Positions 50,255 to 62,000 are shown, numbered from the whole stretch's first letter. The stretch is 63,776 bases of DNA, filler included, from Diploschistes diacapsis (GCA_023645945.1; 7 parts of 7 records of this genome joined end to end with filler, not necessarily neighbours in it); one strand, 5' to 3'. A program made the numbers and translations. Notes: generated by a model from the letters alone, not told the origin.

Positions 50255-50663
50255 CTCTGGCTCGAGCTTGCGACAAGCACTATAGCGCTGATTAGTGCGC
50301 GTAGGGCCCTTTCACCATATATCAGGACACGTTGAGCTTCTTTCAGCGCTAACCTTTATTCTGGGGAGTTCTTCGTAGCTGGTCTTTCGCTATCACCAAC
50401 GTTCTGTCCCCATGCCGAAGGTTTGCATCTTCGGATATCGTGGTTGCACCTCCAGGAGTAGTCTGGCTTCTGCTTACTACTTCCTTCACCTCTCCAGGTA
50501 CCGTCACCTCAAGATCCTTTGTTGGACTGGCATCTCAGAAACGGCTCAAGGATGCTGAAAAGTAGGTTGATTTCAATCGCAATTACCATTTCTTCTTTTC
50601 TGGGCTTTAGCCAATGTAGATGCTTTCTTACTATTTGATCTGTTGCAGCCATTCTCGAGAGTC

Positions 50664-51810
50664 ATGGCAAACTATATGCCTATACATGAAGCTCATGGAG
50701 CGCGTTATGTCCTACATCCAGACATAATAAAAGATAAAGGTCGGGCTGTCGAGGCCATCTGCTGGACTGAAACAAGTATCGCGCTCTGCATTATTTGTGT
50801 CCGAATATATGCAAGACACTATTAAAATGCTGGGGCCAGATGACCACGTGACAGTTGTTGCACTGATGTGCCCCCGCAGTCTACACCGTTCGAAGGCTAT
50901 GCACTCACACTGCTAGCTTTTCTTAATCGTTGCAAGCATCCTCATAACCTTCAGCGCCAAATGGGGTGGTTTCCGGTACGTTGACGAGATCCCTCCACGA
51001 AACTCAAGCAGCATCGCCCTATACAATCTCGTCGCGCAGACCTCAGTCGTTTTCGCGTTTGGGGTGGGCAAGATCTCTGCTGGCTAACTCATGCTCAGAG
51101 TCATCACCAAGACTCTGAAATGAAGCCGAAGAGCCATCTGGGTCGTCATCAGCCTGACGCTATTCCACGACACCTTAGCAAGCATCCTGACCTTTCTCTC
51201 GTGCTCACCGCTCGCAGCGCAGCGGGATCATGATCTTGTGCAGAACTGCTGGAGTTGGGAACAGAATGCGGCGAATTTCTATACGGGCAGCAGTGCGTTT
51301 GTCGCAAGCTTCCAGCCTCCGTTTCTAGTCCATCCGAAGTTCCTGCCAGAGACGTAGTATGCAACATCCTATTCGACATGTGTATCCTCCTCGGTCTTGG
51401 TCTGGCGTAAATGGTGAATTTTACTCTAATTTCGCCCCCGTCCTCACGAGTAACTCCTCCAGCTAACCTCCGCTCCTTGTCCCCACCCAGCGCCGCAATC
51501 TGCAGCACAGTCAAGCTCCCCTACTTCCAAAGCCCAAACACCGCCGACTCGACTTGGAACGCGTATGAGCTCTGCGCCCTCTCCGCCAGCGAGCTCTTCC
51601 CCATCGTCGTCTGCGGCAGTGTGCCGCCGCTCAAACCTCTCTAGGACAAGCACGTGCGCGGGAAGACGCACCATGCGAGTTTCGGCGCGAGCAGGTATGA
51701 GCGCTCGTTTGGTAACATACCGCACCGTGGCGCTCGGGATAAGGGGGGGTAATGTGGAGATGGGTGATTTAGGAGAGGATGGGATCGGGAAGGAGGAGGA
51801 GAATGAATAG
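50664..51810 (+). pseudogene. Pseudogene of a PTH11-like integral membrane receptor
   Basis: ICVRIYAR, LGPDD, GVGKISAG, AAICSTVK, DSTW..SASEL..IVVCGSVPPLKPL motifs; frameshift near 50822, stops at 51085 (TAA), 51121 (TGA), 51642 (TAG). Confidence 0.85.
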
Positions 51811-52039
51811 GCGCAGAAGAAAATGGGAAGGGGAAAGGGCACGGAAGAGAATCAAAGAGAGAAAGAGAGCGTAAGAAGGGAGGTATCCTGTTCCAATACA
51901 CCCTTAGTTCTAGTCAAAAAGCTTTTGGATGTTTTAATATCGACGGGTTTGGGGCTGCAGCAAGGAGACCGATCATCAAAACCTCATATTGATCACGATA
52001 TCAGGCCAGCAATCTGCCTTGGAGCACGTGCCGTACTCC

Positions 52040-52139
52040 NNNNNNNNNNNNNNNNNNNNNNNNNNNNNNNNNNNNNNNNNNNNTTAATTAATTAANNNNN
52101 NNNNNNNNNNNNNNNNNNNNNNNNNNNNNNNNNNNNNNN
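52040..52139. other. Artificial contig spacer
   Basis: N44-TTAATTAATTAA-N44. Confidence 0.98.
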
Positions 52140-52657
52140 GAGGTAAAGAACGGGAAAAGAGAGAAAGAGGAGGGGGCTAGTGGGGAAAATGATATGTGGA
52201 AAATATGCCGGCCCCGGTGTCGTCAATGCCTCCCTATCTCTAGGGCGAAACGATCAGCTTCAGCAAACGCTAATCTATTCAGCATATGGTGTTCGCCGAT
52301 ATATACTGAATACTGCTTAAATGGCCGCACATCCTATCATCTCACTCCACTTATGATATCTACAGCACGGTGCATCACTGCCCCTATTCTACTCCCCGTC
52401 ATCTCATTCATGGTTCCAGCTGTGCACAAATAAGTCTCCTCCTGTTCGGCACCACCCTGCACGCATCTCGAAGCTCTTATGGTTTTAAGAAATAAACGGT
52501 GAAACCCGAAGGCTTGAATGTTTTAATATATTTTTAAATGTTTTGAAACCTTCTAGAGTCCTCTAAGGCTTCTTAAGAACCTATTAATTAGCTAGATTAA
52601 CCTATTTAGGTGACTTTTCTGATAAGATAAGTTATTAACCCCAAGGTTTTAATAGTA

Positions 52658-52866
52658 ACGTCTTTCCCCAGGAAACGGAACACCCCACGAAGCGGAACAC
52701 TACATTATAATGTAATTACGCTAGATAGTTTTAAGCGGGCTTTTGAGCCCCACAACCACACATAAAATTATTTGTACGAAACTAAATCTGTTTTCAACTA
52801 CATTATACGAAGGTGCAGGGATTGTGTTCCGCTTCGTGGGGTGTTCCGTTTCCTGGGGAAAGACGT
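52658..52866. mobile_element. MITE, Tc1/mariner (pogo/Fot1-type), 209 bp, related to the 29105-29314 element
   Basis: Perfect 43-bp TIRs ACGTCTTTCCCCAGGAAACGGAACACCCCACGAAGCGGAACAC; TA on both flanks; internal blocks shared with the other MITE. Confidence 0.95.
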
Positions 52867-53759
52867 TAACCATTGTGTTGGATGAGTCAGCGATGTATCT
52901 CAATTAGAATTGAAGAGTAGGGTCGCTTTAGCATGCCATGGAGTTCTTGGTGACTTCCATGACCATTAGTGCGAGAAAGACTATTGACCACGCAGCTACA
53001 AGGCAATATCTATTGATCGTACTACTACTATAGTATAGTATACGCAATGGTGTGGCCAGTCATCGCCAGGCAGCCGTTGAGAGCCCTACATGCCGACGGT
53101 AAGAGATAAAGGTCAGCCTTGTTTGTATCTATCGACACGGTCCTCTTCAGCTTTGCGACTTCAGGTCTGTCCGTCTAGATTACTATTTGGTCCAGACAAA
53201 CAAACCTGGATCATGGTCTGAATCTTGCATCTGTGTTGTTTATCTTTCCTTTACCTTTTGCACCATTCTTCATTCGACGATCAATGTCTGATATTACGCT
53301 TGTTCTGAGAGGCAGCCTTGTTTGTGAGTCCATCTCCACTTGAGAGATCACATCGCAGCGTGACTTATGAGATCTAATCATCTTCCCTCCCCTTTCGCTA
53401 ATCCTTCAAGGCTCAACTCCCGTTTTCAATTGACGGTGTCAGTTAGCTTGGTACTTCGCCAGAGCTCTCAAACCCTCCGCACATCATCTACTCCAACACC
53501 AACTGTAACGTAACCATTCACTCGACGGAAATCAATCCATAAGGGCCTTTCAATCAACCAACCACCATCTCTCACATCCAATCATCTCTTGAAAGAGTAT
53601 CAGACACTACGCAACAGTCTCCCTACGTGCAGATATTTTCTGAACACTTGGCCCTTTTTTCCCTTATCATATAAAGGTCTGCAAAGCCAAGTACCTGCTA
53701 CCTGCAGATCACATAGGATTTCTCCTGTCTCTGTCAAGACCAGCTCCTCGCCTACCGCC

Positions 53760-56700
53760 ATGAGCTCAAGCAAAGAGCTACCGCATGGAGGCTCCTTTCA
53801 CAGTCACAGCCCTCGGAATGAGACTGACCGTCTCTTCCTTGCCCAAAACGCGTTGCCTCAGATGACAGCCCGAGGTAAAGCAATTGAATATCAATGGCTC
53901 TCCGATACAGCCTATCAAAATGCTGCTACCTCTGCATCAGCACGAGTAGCTAGTAATACAGGCTCTTGGGAGAACAATGAACTACCTAATTCAAATGATT
54001 GGGGAAACAATGCCAATGTTCAGCAGACTTTGCCGAACAACAACCGAGCTCGGAGAGAGACGAATGCGAACATTGGAGAAGTTGCCCGCACTGATTATAG
54101 TGTAGTACCGGCTCGAAACTCGTCCACTGCTCCTACAAGTCCAAAGTGTCTTAAGCGGTCGATACTCGATGCTAGAATAGAGGAGATAGGATCCCAGAAG
54201 CACTGGGTCGAGTCCAGCCCTGATGATGACACCTTTGTCTTTATCGATCCTCCTTCTCTTCCTAGCCATGCAAGCGCATACAGAAGCTCATACACCGACA
54301 CCGACATCCAGGATCAATTTTCCAGGCCCTTCCCTATTCAAAGCAGGCTCATCAAGAGCCTTCAGTCACCCTTCTTTGATAGAATGTTTTCTGACAGATA
54401 CCAATCTTCGCTACGATCAAAACGCTGTACTCTACCACTTCCACCTGGCTTCAAGTACGTGTTGGATTTGACTCCAAAATCCGAAGGGGATGAAGCTGTG
54501 CAATATGTTGAGGATCTTTCATGTCCCGTTGGCGTGCTCCACTGGCCGGAGAGCAATGCACGTTGGGAAGTTTCGCCAACGCTGGTCCTGGGGCGCGATG
54601 AATTCACTTCTGATATGAGTGAGATTAACAAGCGGTGGGTCGGCGAGACTGGACATACTTCCCAGGACGGTCCGGCGCAGAACAAGGAGCGAGACCAAGG
54701 CGAAGCTGGCAGCGACTCCCGAGAAGGAGCTCATTCAACCAATGGTAGCAATGCTGTATTTATCAACGAGCTTATTGACCGAGAGAAGGAGCCCGAATAC
54801 ACACCGACTCGGCACAGATTGGCTATTCGACGGTTCCTGCGCGCTCTTAAAGGCCAGGATCCTTGGTTTGACTCAGCCGTCAAAGTCTACACGACGGTCA
54901 TGGTCTCTAAAGCCTTCGATATCCGAGGTTTGAATCCAGTAACGGACTATGCTGCTCGCTGGCTCTGTGCCGAACCCAACTCTCGCTTCATCGAGGCGCT
55001 TCCCGAAGTCACGCTCAAGATGGCTGAAGTCACGCGAACCCAAGTACTTGCGAGCGATGCTTTCGCTGTCCTTGTCGGAGAAGCTGTTCTTGATGGTGCT
55101 GTTAACTATAATTCTCCGAATATGACTTTTCTTGGTCGTCGGCGCGAACCAATTGATGAAAGCTGGCAATCCAGGATTGAGTATGCCAGGAATTCTCTCA
55201 CAGACCGAGTCAAAGAAACGTTTGATATATTGGCGGGTGAGCAGATGGAATGGTTACATGAGTTGAATTCAATGAAATTATTGAGGCAGAGAGGACCCAG
55301 CCAGTCTGCGGCCCAGGAAGATGCATACCAGAGTCTGGCACAAATTTTGAAGGGATATGTTCGGGGAGCGATCTACCACATCCTGTGCTCAAAGTATCAC
55401 TCTCTGGAGGGGCTCTACAATGTTGACAAAAAGGGAGGAGACATGTTGTACCCCAGGCAAGCCATCTCTTACCCTTGGAACACATTGAGTCCAAGCACCA
55501 AGATATACACGAGGGTCTTCTGGGACCTGTTAAGCAGCGTCCACTTCAGGGATCACTATTATTGCGAGACTTCTACAGAAGACATGAGCACGAACAAAGA
55601 CTTGGTCCAAATCAAACGCGCTTTTGCAGGTCGCACAGAGAACTCTTCTGGTCTCGGAAGTACCAGTCTCTACAAAACCGTGAGGTACAGCGAGCTGGCG
55701 AAGGCTGTGCGGCTATGTCAAGGCGACCATTCTGCAACAGGCAAGAATTTGGCCCATACTACGAAGGATGCTCGGCCCTGCACTTTTTTCGGGTGCATGC
55801 AAGATCGCCCGCTCTACTTTAGCAAATGCTTACATTGTTTGAGGCGTTTCTGTTACGATCATATTGACGTGAACTCGCATGTTTGCAGTGATCCTATCTG
55901 GGATCACGCCAATGATTGGGATGCATCCGAAGGCATCAACACTATTGAGTATTTTCCTGATTCCGCCCCACGTGGTTATTCTGACACAGAGCCTTTTTTC
56001 AGACAACCCACAGCATCAACAAACCCTGGAGCATCCGTGACGTCGTTGGGCCATATTTTGGACGAGGGGGCACCATATCGTAATTCAGCTGGAGGTTCCT
56101 TATTCGGGACTGCATATTATGGCGGGCCTAACAGAGACGACGTCGAGAACTCGAACGCGCGCATCGTGCCTCAGCTGAGTAGCGCAACCACAAATTACGA
56201 TGAGACTTCGCAAGGGTCCTTCTCCTTCAGCCATGAAGTTCATATTGAAGCTAGACAACTCATGAAAGAAGTCGGAAACTACGTGCAAGACGTTGGACGA
56301 ATGATAAGCGGTGCTGCGGAAGGGGGCCAGTTAGGCAGGACTGTTGATGTATACCTTACAACAACGCTGCTCTGCCTCAATGAAGCTGAGATAAAGTACT
56401 TGCCACTCTGGGCCGGTGGCTTGGACGATGGAACGAGCGGTGTATACACGGGAGCCGTGCCTCACGCAAGCGACGGCTTTACAGGGCCACCTGCCGCAAC
56501 CAACGAGCTTGGAGTTCCTGGATTAGGGGGTGATTACGATATGGCGGACGATTGCAGGACTATAGCAACTTCTGCCATGGCAAACGACGCGTACGGTAAT
56601 ACAATGCATGACAAAAAAGAGGTCTGTGCAGTTCGTGGCATTGAGCCTGAGTACTGGAGCTATGTGCCCAAAGGTGCCAGAGCACAAGATCTATCTTCGT

Positions 56701-57260
56701 CCGAGCTCAAGAAAGGCGACATTCTGGGGGTCATCTCTGATTCCGGGATGCTGACGCCCGCTGGTGCCACAACACCCCAAGAAGAGGACACACTCGATGA
56801 CATTTTCGACCAGGACGAGGAGTTCGGCTCTGACGACGACTTCGCGGCTGAAAGATTGGACAATGGAGATCAGGGAAAGGATGATGCGATGGGGTATCAA
56901 AGCAGCAACAACCCTGACTCCTATGTTCTGGATACTGAATCTGTTAGCTACGGTGGCTTCTCAGACCCGGAATCGTCTGTTATGGGCACTGTTGCGCCCA
57001 CCCACACCACTCACTCGACCAAACCGCAATCATCTGCTGCAGGAGTTGCCACGCCAACTCACACTACCGGATCTTCTGAGCCCGAATATGTCGACCTTGG
57101 CAAAGCAGCAGCGAAACTAGAAAGTCTTCGAGCTGGCAACACAACTTCTAGCAAACGTCCTGTGGCGAACGATGTCGGTTCAGAGATCAAAAGTGCTAAT
57201 GCGGACGATTCCTATCGCTACAAGGATGACCCTGAAGACGAACTTCTTACACGCCCCTAG
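53760..57260 (+). CDS. Large uncharacterised protein (about 1166 aa) with internal AN1-type zinc-finger motif and acidic tail
   Basis: Single uninterrupted ORF with CGCCATG start context; globular core (FVFIDPP..KYVLDLTP..WAGGLDDGTSGVY); C-x4-C-x10-C-x2-C-x4-C-x2-H-x5-H-x-C at 55779-55886. Confidence 0.85.
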   Translation: MSSSKELPHGGSFHSHSPRNETDRLFLAQNALPQMTARGKAIEYQWLSDTAYQNAATSASARVASNTGSWENNELPNSNDWGNNANVQQTLPNNNRARRETNANIGEVARTDYSVVPARNSSTAPTSPKCLKRSILDARIEEIGSQKHWVESSPDDDTFVFIDPPSLPSHASAYRSSYTDTDIQDQFSRPFPIQSRLIKSLQSPFFDRMFSDRYQSSLRSKRCTLPLPPGFKYVLDLTPKSEGDEAVQYVEDLSCPVGVLHWPESNARWEVSPTLVLGRDEFTSDMSEINKRWVGETGHTSQDGPAQNKERDQGEAGSDSREGAHSTNGSNAVFINELIDREKEPEYTPTRHRLAIRRFLRALKGQDPWFDSAVKVYTTVMVSKAFDIRGLNPVTDYAARWLCAEPNSRFIEALPEVTLKMAEVTRTQVLASDAFAVLVGEAVLDGAVNYNSPNMTFLGRRREPIDESWQSRIEYARNSLTDRVKETFDILAGEQMEWLHELNSMKLLRQRGPSQSAAQEDAYQSLAQILKGYVRGAIYHILCSKYHSLEGLYNVDKKGGDMLYPRQAISYPWNTLSPSTKIYTRVFWDLLSSVHFRDHYYCETSTEDMSTNKDLVQIKRAFAGRTENSSGLGSTSLYKTVRYSELAKAVRLCQGDHSATGKNLAHTTKDARPCTFFGCMQDRPLYFSKCLHCLRRFCYDHIDVNSHVCSDPIWDHANDWDASEGINTIEYFPDSAPRGYSDTEPFFRQPTASTNPGASVTSLGHILDEGAPYRNSAGGSLFGTAYYGGPNRDDVENSNARIVPQLSSATTNYDETSQGSFSFSHEVHIEARQLMKEVGNYVQDVGRMISGAAEGGQLGRTVDVYLTTTLLCLNEAEIKYLPLWAGGLDDGTSGVYTGAVPHASDGFTGPPAATNELGVPGLGGDYDMADDCRTIATSAMANDAYGNTMHDKKEVCAVRGIEPEYWSYVPKGARAQDLSSSELKKGDILGVISDSGMLTPAGATTPQEEDTLDDIFDQDEEFGSDDDFAAERLDNGDQGKDDAMGYQSSNNPDSYVLDTESVSYGGFSDPESSVMGTVAPTHTTHSTKPQSSAAGVATPTHTTGSSEPEYVDLGKAAAKLESLRAGNTTSSKRPVANDVGSEIKSANADDSYRYKDDPEDELLTRP

Positions 57261-57908
57261 AGGTCCCTTGGATAAACTCACAGTAATTGCTTTTTCACCG
57301 TATTAGTCTTGATCCAGCAAATCTTTTCCATGCCTTCCTTGGATCTGGCCCCTGTATGGCCTTTGATGGGATTCTTATATAGAAGCTCTATGGACCTTAT
57401 CTACCGCGGCATTGCGTTCAGCTCCACTGCCACCTGCTTTGTTGACGAATCTGCGTTGGAAGTTCTTTCGGTTACCCACGAACGGAACGACGAGATATTA
57501 CGACCGGCTCTCAACATGAAGGATTAGACAGGCAGGGTGCTTTTGGCGCAAGACGCAGAGCAGAGCTTCTTAGAGTTCCATGTAGTATTAGAAGCATTCA
57601 TCTATTCTCATTTACCAAAAAAAGCCACAATATCCTCATGCTTATGCACTGTTGGGAGGAAGCGCACACATCGCACTTTTATTTCGTAGCTCAGCGACTC
57701 CTCATGCCAGCCCACAGCCACTCACCATGCATGTAAAATGTACACAACGGTCCATTCATCCTCTTCTCCCAGAATCATCCTCTATGGTTACAGTACTACC
57801 TCTGTAGTATTAGACATCCCTTTCCCTGTCCACAGCACTCCATCGTAAGATATTTCCTGCTCCATGCCCCCATATCCTCTTACCTTTCGTCCATAAATCA
57901 ACTTATAT

Positions 57909-58008
57909 NNNNNNNNNNNNNNNNNNNNNNNNNNNNNNNNNNNNNNNNNNNNTTAATTAATTAANNNNNNNNNNNNNNNNNNNNNNNNNNNNNNNNNNNN
58001 NNNNNNNN
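57909..58008. other. Artificial contig spacer
   Basis: N44-TTAATTAATTAA-N44. Confidence 0.98.
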
Positions 58009-59036
58009 CCTTCGATATTCTTTGCTTCAAATAAACCGTGCACGTATATTGAGATGTAGTGGGAAGACATAGAAAATTCAGAAAGATCGGAAGTGTCAAC
58101 TCCGATAATTTACTTATGTAATAGCGTTTATTTCGGTCAGAATAACTGCCCCCCTGTATACGCGTTCCCCATCCATCAAAACATCTCGAAAGCCTTCACC
58201 CTACGCGGTCTGCATGTGATGCTGGCTTATTTTTACTTTCCCTTTAACCTTAAACTCTCACACGTCCCTTCTCTAGCCTCCTCTTCGAATGTTTACAAGT
58301 TCCTCCAACAGCAGCTATCTAAAGGGCTTTATCCCTCCTACACATAACAAGAACACGGCCCTCAAGTTCTACCATTATTGAGCCATTTCCCCTTCTGTTC
58401 CGAGTGTTGACCGCTTGCTTTTCCAATTACGCCAATCTAGACTCGGAGAGCTATCTACAAGAGCTTTATTCGCCGAAGCGAGATACGACTGGCCCTACAA
58501 GTCCCTGGCACTCCAACGAGTCTAACAAGCCTACGCAGTTCGGATCCTCTGATGGGCTTAGCTCTAGTCCAAAAAGCCGCCGACAGCTCTAGGAGGGCTT
58601 CTCGTGTCACTGCTGATAGAGCATGCCTCCGCCCTTGGAGGGTTGATTGGTAGAGGGAGGATACGAAGGAATGTCCAGTGTCGATCGCATGAGACTGTCG
58701 AAGCCAGCTTGCCCTAAACTCGCATTAGATTGGCCGCATTTGAGAAGCGCACTTCGAGCTCTCTAGGTTCACAAGCAGAGAACCTCTCCTCTCCAGATGC
58801 GCACTCCAGGGGTCGAGGAACCCTCGGAGCAAAGACTCTGCCGCAAACAATCCTGCAGACTGACACTCTTTTGATCATGTTAGAGAAGTCCGCCCATCCT
58901 TTCACACGGCTTTGCTGGCTTTTTTGTCTCCTAGGCTTCTCCCTGCGGTATAAAGCAGACGACCCCAATTCTTACAGAACACCTTAGCGGTGCTTGGAAG
59001 CCAAGAAGAGTTATCAGAAGTTCAGCTCGAGTCGCC

Positions 59037-62000
59037 ATGTCGTCTTCCGGGGCGGAAAACACAGACGTCACCTCTATCGTATGTGCACGGGGCTCACAGA
59101 GTGGCCTCCCACGATCTCGGTTTTCCTAATGTGTAGCCATTCATACTAACCAGCCGCCAGAAACCTGTATCATCTCTACGATCGCAGTTCGAAACCCTAG
59201 CTACCCAACTGTCTATTACACCCACCCCGTCTGCTACGCTTGCTCCGCCTCCTGGCGGGCCACCTACATTTCCGACAGGCACGGAGCGTGAGAAGCCACG
59301 AGCGTCCTTGGACATTGCCCGGCCGTCATGGAGTGGTACAAGGGAAAACGATGGAAAGAGAAGCGTAGAAATGGGCAATCTGTCGGAAAGGCCGCAGAGG
59401 CAAGAGCTAGATCCGGGCAGCGCTTCCAAACAGCGACCAAAGTCCATGGTGTCACGGGCACCACTGTTGCCTCCTCCGGCAGTCCTGCTTCAACCTCCTG
59501 CTTTCTCCTTTCGCGCGAAATCATCTCATACAACGGCCCAGGGTTTGGAGAAGTCGGTGAATGCTGAATCGAAGGACCAGGATATAAAAGCTAAGGGCCA
59601 TGTTCCTGTCTTCCTCTCTCCTGCTGGGTCACCAGAACGGATTGAAGAGAACGGACGCAGAATACCGCCAGCTATTTCTCTTCCAGGAGCAAAACGGGCA
59701 CCACCTCCTGTCAATAGGGCAAACAAGCCAAGCACACCCACCACTACAGGCTGTTCTTCCCTTGAGCCTGGCCGCACTCCGCAAGCCAAGGAAGGAAATT
59801 CACCCTTCAGCACTCCGCCTAGTAGCGATGAAAGTCCTACCAAGAGTAGTTTTCGTAATCTTCCCATCACAAGGCTTCCCGATCCGTCGAATCTCAGTCC
59901 AGATAGTGCTCCAAGGAGTTACTTCTCGACGCAGCACAACAGGCAACTTCCTGCTGACTCACGACGAGCATCTACTGCCCCCTCACAGCGCTTCAACAGC
60001 CCGAGGAGAGAAGGACGTATCGGTGTGTCCCCCGAACGTACCCTCGATCTTCCTGAACACAGGCCTCAGTTACCTGTGCGAAGGATATTGGAGAATGCGC
60101 ATACGGGGCCTGCTCAGCATTTCACGACTGGGAGATTCCCGGTGCATCAAGGGAGGAAAAGAATAAGCGCCCAGCCTCCTCCCCGCCCGTCCGATGAGAC
60201 AAAATCCAATCGTCAAGTTGCAGAGTTTCTCCCTCCGCCTAGGCGGAATCCTGTTGCAAATGGGCTGAGCACGGCCAAAGCTTACCCTAAGATTTCACAT
60301 AGCGCTAGGATCCAACCAGTTCATCGAGTCGTCAGTGAACCAAGCACACCGGGCGCGTCTACAATAACAGATTCTCGAGCCTCTTCTAGGCAAGGATTTG
60401 ATTCCGATGGCCAAGACCCGGAAGCATCCAACACTCCGGCAACCTCAAATGCCGTCTTCCCGAGTGCATCACAAACGAATCGTCGCCCGCCACGATCGAA
60501 GGTTAGTGTGCAACAAGTCTACACCGATCATGACACCAAATTATTCGATATCTGTGGGCGACATGTCTGCTATACTGGTTTCCATACCAAAGCGTGGGAC
60601 CTGGTAACGGGACGACTTATACTAGACATGTCGATGGGTGAGCGTGACCTAAAAGTCACGGCTTTGGTCTTCAAGCCAGGGGCCACAACGGAAGAGGAGG
60701 GTCAAAATGTCTGGCTGGGCACCAACTATGGTGAGATCCAGGAAGTGGACCTCAAGAGCCAAGGTGTGACCGCCACTAAACCAAATGCCCACCAGCGAAG
60801 AGAGATCATCAAGATATATCGGTATCAGAACGCTATCTGGTCTGTTGACGAGGACGGCAAATTTCATATCTAGCCTCCGGACAAACAGGGGCTTCCTAGC
60901 CTACAACTTGTACCACTCTCTTACCGAGTGGCTCGTGGTCACACCTTTTCGATGGTCGTGAATCATTATCTTTGGTATACTGCCGGCAAAGGCATCAATG
61001 TCTATAATCCAATGGGAGGAGACAATCATTTCAATATAACAACAACGCCGCTTGTCCAGTCCGGTGTCGGAGAAATTACCTCCGGCGCTTTCATCAGCAG
61101 TCAACTCGACAAAGTCTTCTTCGGACATGCCGATGGCAAGGTCACCGTATACTCGGTCTCACAATTCACTTGCGTGGGTGTAGTCAATGTAAGTGCTTAC
61201 AAGATAAATGCACTCGTAGGCGCTGGAAATCACCTTTGGGCAGGTTTCAGCACGGGAATAATCTATATTTACGATACAAGGACGACACCATGGCAAATCA
61301 AAAAGGAATGGCAGGCACACGCGAGTCCAACTACCAATATACTTGTTGACCGGAGCAGCGTCTGGAAGCTTAGTAATTTGCAGGTTGCTTCCATTAGACT
61401 TGACAACACAATTCGACTTTGGGATGGATGGCTGGAAGACGACTGGCTCGAGGCTGATATGCAGGACCACGATATCGACTATTGCGAGTTCAGCGAGCTC
61501 AAGGCAGTCGTTGTGACTTGGAACGCCGGTGCCTCTACTCCATCAAGCCTCCGCAACGACGAGGAAGACAGCAACTTCTTCCGGGAAGTGATCCAGCCTG
61601 GCCATCCACCGGACATCCTGGTATTTGGCTTTCAGGAACTCGTGGACCTGGAGGACAAGAGGCTTACGGCGAAGAGCATATTCAAAGGCAGTAAGAAGAA
61701 AGACCCGATGGACGCTGAACATATGAGCCACCAGTACAGAGCGTGGCGAGACTATCTTGCTCGAGTGATCGATGAGAACATGCCTTCGAATAAGCCCTAT
61801 GCGCTTCTACACACGACCAACATGATTGGTCTTTTCAGCTGTATCTTCGTCAAAGCCTCTCACAAGAGTCGAATAAGTAACCTGGGCGTCACCGAAGTGA
61901 AACGTGGACTGGGCGGGTTGCACGGCAATAAGGTCAGTCCAGCCCTTGTGAACTAACTTTGCGTCTTTTTCCAATGTACCATCTATAGGGCGCTATCATC

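Noticed and set aside
51642..51644. TAG at a likely Trp position in the PTH11-like gene as another editing site
   Set aside because: The gene also has TAA, TGA and a frameshift, so it is a plain pseudogene
37177..52039. Apparent cluster of lyase, ADH, PKS relic, oxygenase, ankyrin protein and receptor
   Set aside because: Spans three separate contigs joined artificially; only same-contig neighbours count
60822..60873. Possible intron removing the premature TAG
   Set aside because: 52 nt (or 34 nt from 60840) shifts the frame and deletes conserved-looking coding sequence
60871..60873. Genome-wide reassignment of TAG to a sense codon
   Set aside because: TAG is the normal terminator of palB, ADH, the 53760-57260 ORF and this same gene (62871-62873)
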